Origin: Patescibacteria group bacterium
GTDB taxonomy: Bacteria; Patescibacteriota; UBA1384; JBAYJO01
DNA: 64,000 bases
Assembly (NCBI GenBank): GCA_041665085.1
Contig: JBAYJO010000001.1
Location: 40,671 to 104,670, forward strand
Direction: 5' to 3'
Below, one piece after another: positions 58,459 through 64,000 of the stretch; the first letter of the stretch is position 1, and every line of letters starts with the position of its first letter. The position numbers were made by a program, and so were the translations under genes. Under the pieces are notes generated by a model. The model made no database searches and was not told the origin of the DNA. It worked only from the letters and a program-made list of their open reading frames with translations.

Positions 58459-58604
58459 AATTTCTAATTTCTAATTTCTAAATAAAATCCAATGTTTAAA
58501 AAAATAAATTATAGAGTAATTTATTCGAAAAATGTTATAATAACTAGGTTAGCCATTATTAATTTAGTCATTAGTTAGGAATTAGTAATTAAATATTAGA
58601 AATT
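58459..58604. repeat. CTAATTT heptamer foldback element
   Basis: Same arms as the other copies. Confidence 0.75.
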
Positions 58605-58612
58605 TTATAAAT

Positions 58613-59476
58613 ATGATTGATTTAACAAATATTTCTTTAATTAAAAGTTTACTCAAGATTGATAATTCATCTCCTGACAGAAGGATGGGTCAAAACTTTT
58701 TGATTAGCAGCAAAAGCTTGGAAAGAATTTCCAACTCAACTGAACTTGAGGGTCAGACTGTTTTAGAGATTGGAACCGGTCTTGGCGTATTGACTCAAGA
58801 GCTTTGTAAAAAAGCTAAAAGAGTTATATCGGTTGAAAAAGACGAGCGAATGTATAATATTGCAAAAGACGTTTTAATTTTTGACAATTTAACTCTTTTG
58901 AATGAAGACATTTTGGATTTTGAAGTTGAAAAATATATTTCGGGTGAGTTTAAGATCGTAGCGAATATTCCTTATCAAATTACTTCTCCGATAATCAGAA
59001 AATTTCTGCCCAATAAAAATCTTACAGAGATGATTTTATTGATGCAAAAAGAGGTAGCAGAGCGTATTTGCGCAAAACCAGGTAGCAGCAAGCGAGGATA
59101 TTTGACGCTTGTTTGTGAATTTTATAGTGATCCGTCGATTCTTTTCGGCATATCAAAAAATTGTTTTTGGCCAAGCCCGAAAGTTGATAGCTCGGTAGTA
59201 AAGTTTAAAGTGCCTCTTCGGCAATCGCCGGAGAGGCGAGTTTATGAAGATATTAATGCCCATAAAGTTGATGAAAAAGAACTATTTAGGATAGTACAGG
59301 CTGGTTTTTCATCAAAAAGAAAACAACTTTTGAATTCATTATCAGCTGGATTGAGATGTGATAAATCCGAAATCGAAAATATTTTAAATAAAGTTAATAT
59401 TATTCCGACACGACGAGCTGAAACTTTGACGCTTGAGGAATGGTGCTTAATTACCAAAAAAATACCAGTCAATTAA
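58613..59476 (+). CDS. rsmA: 16S rRNA m6,2A dimethyltransferase
   Basis: GQNFL, EIGTGLG, ANIPYQIT, MQKEVAER. Confidence 0.96.
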   Translation: MIDLTNISLIKSLLKIDNSSPDRRMGQNFLISSKSLERISNSTELEGQTVLEIGTGLGVLTQELCKKAKRVISVEKDERMYNIAKDVLIFDNLTLLNEDILDFEVEKYISGEFKIVANIPYQITSPIIRKFLPNKNLTEMILLMQKEVAERICAKPGSSKRGYLTLVCEFYSDPSILFGISKNCFWPSPKVDSSVVKFKVPLRQSPERRVYEDINAHKVDEKELFRIVQAGFSSKRKQLLNSLSAGLRCDKSEIENILNKVNIIPTRRAETLTLEEWCLITKKIPVN

Positions 59477-59479
59477 TTG

Positions 59480-59602
59480 ATTACCAAGAAACAATCATCA
59501 ATAATCAGTTAATAACCAATTATTCAATTATCAATTTTCAAACAATTTTCTATTCTATTTGGCTATTGGTTATTGATTATTACTTATGTGGTTATTGGTT
59601 TT
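59480..59602. repeat. CAAT-based heptamer foldback element (second flavour)
   Basis: ACCAA/TCAAT repeats followed by TATTGG/TATTGA repeats. Confidence 0.6.
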
Positions 59603-59659
59603 CATGTGATTTTGTTTATTTATTTGAGTATTTATCATTTATTTTGTTATTATTAGATT

Positions 59660-61009
59660 ATGCAAGAAGATATAAAAAAAATCGAAGTTGATATTGCAGA
59701 AGCAGCTGGAAAAATTGCCGAGGATGTTAGTGAAATTGGAAAAGATGCTGTTAAAGCTGTTAAATCTGATGTGAAGGTTTTAGGGCCAGGACTTATTACC
59801 GGTGGTGCTGATGATGATTCGTCTGGAGTTGTAACATATTCTCAAGTTGGAGCTCAATTTGGGTATCGCATGAACTGGCTTTGCTTGATTTCGCTTCCGC
59901 TTATGACAGCAGTTCAGGAAATGTGTGCCAGAATCGGTATTGTTACCGGAAAAGGTCTTGCCGGAGTAATAAGAAATCATTATTCAAAATGGGTTTTATA
60001 TTTTGCAGTAACATTACTTTTGATCGCAAACGGAATAAATATTGGGGCAGATCTAGGTGCCATGGCAGCGGTTACAAAATTGGTTTTTGGCGGGAATTTT
60101 TATATTTTAGTAATCATGTTTACTATAATTACCTTATTTTTAGAGATATTCGTTTCTTATAAAGTTTATTCAAAATATTTAAAATGGTTAGCTTTTTCAC
60201 TTTTGTCATATTTTGTAACGGCACTAATTGTTCATCAGGATTGGACTCAAATTATAAAATCAATTGCAGTGCCTTCAATGCCTTTTACAACCCCTGCTTT
60301 AATGGCATTGGTAGGATTTTTAGGTACAACAATTTCTCCTTATCTTTTTTTCTGGCAGGCAGCTGAAGAAGTTGAAGAAGAGGTAAAAGAAAAAAGAATA
60401 TTTGCTTTTGGGTGGGGTTTGCCAAGATTTACATGGAGGCATATTAAAGCAATGAGAAAAGATAATGCTTTTGGTATGATTTTTTCGAATATTGTAGCTT
60501 TGTTTATTATGCTAACTGCTGCTGCAACCTTAAACCGAAATGGCGTTCAGATTACTGATGCTGCTTCTGCTGCCGGAGCATTAAGACCGCTTGCAGGAGA
60601 TTTCGCATTTTCGTTATTTGCAATTGGAATTATTGGTACCGGACTTCTTGGCGTGCCGGTGCTTGCAGGATCAGCTGCTTATGCCGTAAGCGAGTCTTTT
60701 CATTGGAAAACCGGACTTTATCGAAAGTTTAATCAAGCTCATGGTTTTTATGGGATTATTACTTTGGCGACTTTGGCAGGGCTTTGTATTAATTTTATAG
60801 GCATTGATCCAATGAAAGCTTTGTATTATGCCGCAATAGTAAATGGAATCGCGGCGCCTTTCTTGATTTTGATTATTTTGTTTATTGGAAATAATAAGAA
60901 AATTATGGGTAACAAATCTAATGGCCCTTGGTCAAATTTTTTCGGAGTTATTGCATTTCTTTTGATGTCTTTAGCAGTAGCTGCACTTTTCATTTTCTGG
61001 GGGAAGTAA
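59660..61009 (+). CDS. NRAMP-family divalent metal transporter
   Basis: GPGLITGGADDD, QEMCARIG, GTTISPY. Confidence 0.9.
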   Translation: MQEDIKKIEVDIAEAAGKIAEDVSEIGKDAVKAVKSDVKVLGPGLITGGADDDSSGVVTYSQVGAQFGYRMNWLCLISLPLMTAVQEMCARIGIVTGKGLAGVIRNHYSKWVLYFAVTLLLIANGINIGADLGAMAAVTKLVFGGNFYILVIMFTIITLFLEIFVSYKVYSKYLKWLAFSLLSYFVTALIVHQDWTQIIKSIAVPSMPFTTPALMALVGFLGTTISPYLFFWQAAEEVEEEVKEKRIFAFGWGLPRFTWRHIKAMRKDNAFGMIFSNIVALFIMLTAAATLNRNGVQITDAASAAGALRPLAGDFAFSLFAIGIIGTGLLGVPVLAGSAAYAVSESFHWKTGLYRKFNQAHGFYGIITLATLAGLCINFIGIDPMKALYYAAIVNGIAAPFLILIILFIGNNKKIMGNKSNGPWSNFFGVIAFLLMSLAVAALFIFWGK

Positions 61010-61141
61010 GATAGTTAGTAAAGTTCGTAAAGTCGAAAGTTTATAAAGTTTATAAAGTTGAAGGTCTAGATAAATAAAATTTTTAATAATTGCAAAACTG
61101 CCCAAAGAATCTTTGGGCAGTTTAGTCAATGTGTTAAGACG

Positions 61142-61531
61142 TTAGCGCCGGCCGTACTTATCCGGATGCAGCTTGCGAATAGCCGCATCAATTCTGACGT
61201 CTCTAAGATAATCTTGGTAAGTGCGATTGAGATCGTCCCGAGCTTCTGTTTCGGCTCCGTTGGAAACTAGGAGATTCACGATCTCATCTCTGCCGCGCTC
61301 GGCAGCCATATGCAGAGGTGTCTTCTGTCTTCTGCTCTGGGCGTTGATGTTTGCATTATGTTCCAAGAGATCGGCAGCTATTTCTGCTTGACCGTTTGCG
61401 CATGCAAGATGAAGCAAGCTCATGCCGTACTCACTAGTCATATCGGGATTACCTCCATTTCGGAGATAAGAGTTGGCAATGTCTCTGTTGCCGTTTTGTG
61501 CGGCTAACAGTATTTCATTATCGTTCATCAC
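61142..61531 (-). CDS. Ankyrin repeat protein (GC-richer standalone gene)
   Basis: SLLHLAC and TPLHMAA repeats; promoter 61559..61588; hairpin 61095..61123. Confidence 0.88.
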   Translation of the reverse strand: MMNDNEILLAAQNGNRDIANSYLRNGGNPDMTSEYGMSLLHLACANGQAEIAADLLEHNANINAQSRRQKTPLHMAAERGRDEIVNLLVSNGAETEARDDLNRTYQDYLRDVRIDAAIRKLHPDKYGRR

Positions 61532-61657
61532 AACATTCCCCTCTCGTTTGATGAGAGTATATTAGCATATAAATATCTTGTTTGTCAAGGTGCTATATTT
61601 GACTTTTGGTTGGTTTTAGTTTAAAATTACAATTATCTTGAGGTGGAGGATGTTCTT

Positions 61658-62296
61658 ATGAGCACTGATTTTCAGGATTTGCGAGAGACACTGGCTTCAG
61701 GAATCGCCAAGGTTCAGGAGACTCTGAAAGATGTTGCCGGCATCATGGGCAAAATGGCACTAATGTGTGGCTATGTAGGGCTTTGGGTTTATATCGGTCT
61801 TTTTCTCAAAGCGCTTCCGGTTTGCATGTTGATGATGGTTGCTATGGTCTATGCGTATCTTGGCCTATATCCGCTTAGGAGTTTTGATCGTGAAGTGGAT
61901 GCTTGGGCTCGAGCGACAGGCAACGACAGAATGAAAGCCCTGTTTGGCATTATGAAGCAGATGGCTTATCTGCAAAGCCGTGCTTGGTTCTATGCTTCTG
62001 CCTTCCTGCTGATACTTATATTGTCATTCGTTATTCTCGGACAGACAGAGAACATGAAGTATTGGGCAGGGATCTATGCAGTATTCGGACTTGTGTGGCT
62101 GTCTTGTAGATTCTACTTCTACACGATGGAGCAGGCAATGATCAAGTCAGTAAGAGCAAAGATGAATTGTCTTGATAGACAAGTACTGGCGGAGATGAAA
62201 GGGAGATTGTCGGGCCCGTACGATCCCTGTTACGGTTATTTCAAGGGTGAGCCGCAACTGTTCCGACTGGTCGATACTTTGGCCAGGACGGAATAG
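61658..62296 (+). CDS. Hypothetical multi-TM protein (GC-richer standalone gene)
   Basis: GGAGG RBS, TTGACT-N17-TAAAAT (61599..61627), hairpin 62332..62353. Confidence 0.7.
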   Translation: MSTDFQDLRETLASGIAKVQETLKDVAGIMGKMALMCGYVGLWVYIGLFLKALPVCMLMMVAMVYAYLGLYPLRSFDREVDAWARATGNDRMKALFGIMKQMAYLQSRAWFYASAFLLILILSFVILGQTENMKYWAGIYAVFGLVWLSCRFYFYTMEQAMIKSVRAKMNCLDRQVLAEMKGRLSGPYDPCYGYFKGEPQLFRLVDTLARTE

Positions 62297-62404
62297 TAGC
62301 GAAACCAGTTGCCTTGGAAAAGACGAATCTCGGGAGCAGCCACAAGCTGTTCCTGTTTCTTTTCTATAGAATAAAATTAAAATTAAGTGTAAAATTTAAA
62401 TACT

Positions 62405-63121
62405 ATGAAAAATATTGGAAAATTATTTATTGTCGCCACTCCGATTGGTAACCTTGAAGATATAACTTTCAGAGCAATTCGTGTACTAAAAGAAGTCGAT
62501 ATGATCGCTTGTGAGGATACACGACACTCGCGCGTCTTGTTTGACAGATACGAGATAAAAACACCAACCGTGAGCTATTTTGAGGCAAATAGGGCTAAGG
62601 TATTAAGCAAGATTGCTTATATAATTTCCCAAATTCAAAAAGGGAAAAATATTGCTCTTGTAACTGATGCCGGTACTCCTGGAATTTCAGATCCGGGGCA
62701 GTTTCTGATTCAAAAAGCAACCGAGGCTGAAATTGAAATTAGTCCAATTCCAGGACCAAGCGCATTTGTTTCTGCCTTATCAATTTTCGGTTTTAATGAC
62801 GGAAGTTATTTATTTATACCTTTTCTGCCCAAGAAAAAAGGTCGTCAAACCTTACTTAAAAAAATTTGCAGGATGGATTCAGCAATCGTTTTTTATGAAT
62901 CGCCTCATCGAGTTATTAAAACCTTGGAAGATTTAGCGATGTATTTTTCTGCCGAAAGACCTATTGTTATCTGTAGGGAGCTAACCAAACAGTTTGAGGA
63001 AATTTTTAGAGGAACAATTGAAGAAGCACAGAAATATTTTAATGAATCAAAAATTAGAGGAGAATTTGTATTTGTGGTTAAAGGAAGTAATAATGTAAAT
63101 AATAGCTCTCTGAAAGATTAA
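62405..63121 (+). CDS. rsmI: 16S rRNA C1402 2'-O-methyltransferase
   Basis: VATPIGNLEDIT, DAGTPGISDPG, YESPHR, RELTK. Confidence 0.96.
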   Translation: MKNIGKLFIVATPIGNLEDITFRAIRVLKEVDMIACEDTRHSRVLFDRYEIKTPTVSYFEANRAKVLSKIAYIISQIQKGKNIALVTDAGTPGISDPGQFLIQKATEAEIEISPIPGPSAFVSALSIFGFNDGSYLFIPFLPKKKGRQTLLKKICRMDSAIVFYESPHRVIKTLEDLAMYFSAERPIVICRELTKQFEEIFRGTIEEAQKYFNESKIRGEFVFVVKGSNNVNNSSLKD

Positions 63122-63128
63122 AGGAAAT

Positions 63129-63263
63129 ATGGCAAAAGATAAAATTATTCATACTAATAAAAAGAAAAAACCGAATAAGAGGATTCAGAAAAAGCTTCAA
63201 AAAGCGACTGACAAATTAATTGATCAGTATGGGGATGTTTTAAAGAAATTAGGAAAGACCTGA
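63129..63263 (+). CDS. Small basic protein, probable antitoxin of the downstream Doc toxin
   Basis: 44-aa ORF after AAGGA, ends LIDQYGDVLKKLGKT; absent from the ORF track. Confidence 0.55.
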   Translation: MAKDKIIHTNKKKKPNKRIQKKLQKATDKLIDQYGDVLKKLGKT

Positions 63264-63276
63264 TGCAAAATGACAG

Positions 63277-63386
63277 AATTACTAATTATTCTAATTTCTA
63301 ATTAATTTTCAATGAATAAATTATTAAAAATCATACTTAAATCATTGGTTGTTGTTAATTGTTTAGAAATTAAAAATTAGAAATTT
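63277..63386. repeat. CTAATTT heptamer foldback element
   Basis: Same arms as the other copies. Confidence 0.7.
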
Positions 63387-63403
63387 ATTAATTGAGTTAT
63401 GAT

Positions 63404-64000
63404 ATGATTTATTTGAATGAGCAATTAATGGAGGAGATGTGTCACCGCCTAGCGGCGACTTTTTTTAACAAAATTAAAGAACCTATACCTGATTTTTCTA
63501 ATGTTGATAAACCTCTTCTTAAGTCTGCTATTAATTTGCCTCGAGCAACCTATGCAAAACATGAGCTTTATCCAACGCTTTTTGAGAAAGGCGCAATTTT
63601 GTTTTATACTTTAATTAAGAATCATCCATTTCCAAATGGAAATAAAAGAATTGCAACAGCTTCTCTATTGGTTTTTTTGTATCTGAATGATTATTGGATG
63701 GAGACGCCGAAAGGAGTGCTGTACAAAAAAGCGATTAAAATTGCTGAATCTAAAGCAAGTGAAAGAGATGTAATTTTAAAAGAATTGCAGGATTGGATCA
63801 GGGAGGAGATTTCAAAAGAATCAGATGAGGGAAGGTTAAGGCGGCTTCTCATAGGTTTCTGGAGAGCAATTCTTGAGAAAATGACTTTTAAACGCAGAAA
63901 GCTTGATATAGTAAAAGTACCTGTTGTTAAAATGTCTTCAAAGAGAAATCTATTTTTTGGTAGAAAAAAGAAAGAAAATATTACTGTTCAGAAAAAGGGT
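63404..64000 (+). CDS. Doc/Fic family toxin (3' end beyond the window)
   Basis: HPFPNGNKR Fic motif; frame open to the window end. Confidence 0.9.
   Translation, partial: MIYLNEQLMEEMCHRLAATFFNKIKEPIPDFSNVDKPLLKSAINLPRATYAKHELYPTLFEKGAILFYTLIKNHPFPNGNKRIATASLLVFLYLNDYWMETPKGVLYKKAIKIAESKASERDVILKELQDWIREEISKESDEGRLRRLLIGFWRAILEKMTFKRRKLDIVKVPVVKMSSKRNLFFGRKKKENITVQKKG

Noticed and set aside
1-64000. CRISPR array
   Set aside because: No regularly spaced identical repeats with unique spacers and no cas genes; the repeats are dispersed or low-complexity.

Overview
AT-rich bacterial chromosome segment. The gene set, standalone receiver domains, type IV pilus operon and short palindromic repeats suggest a Patescibacteria/CPR genome; this is inference only. 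Housekeeping genes: ftsH, hisS, dnaX, dnaB (with a LAGLIDADG intein), pcrA, rsmA, rsmI, tRNA-Gln(CTG) and tRNA-Glu(CTC). Also present: a type IV pilus operon, isoprenoid genes (idi, polyprenyl synthase, dxs, GGR-like, UbiA-like), a nucleoside-modifying enzyme cluster, two histidine kinases, four receiver-only regulators and TA modules. Strongest unexplained signals: (1) a two-copy three-way-junction RNA motif with compensatory changes that sequesters the Shine-Dalgarno of two signalling genes; (2) a four-helix-bundle gene bracketed by 29-bp inverted repeats, whose repeat family is scattered through the window, inserts in-frame into pcrA and rsmA, and forms a 65-bp inverted repeat around most of pcrA; (3) about ten GC-richer single-gene units, most with their own sigma70 promoter, RBS and terminator; (4) integrase-less tandem islands at tRNA-Glu; (5) an HU-like domain fused to PilB; (6) several orphan structured-RNA candidates. 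All product calls come from motif recognition by eye; no database searches were run.
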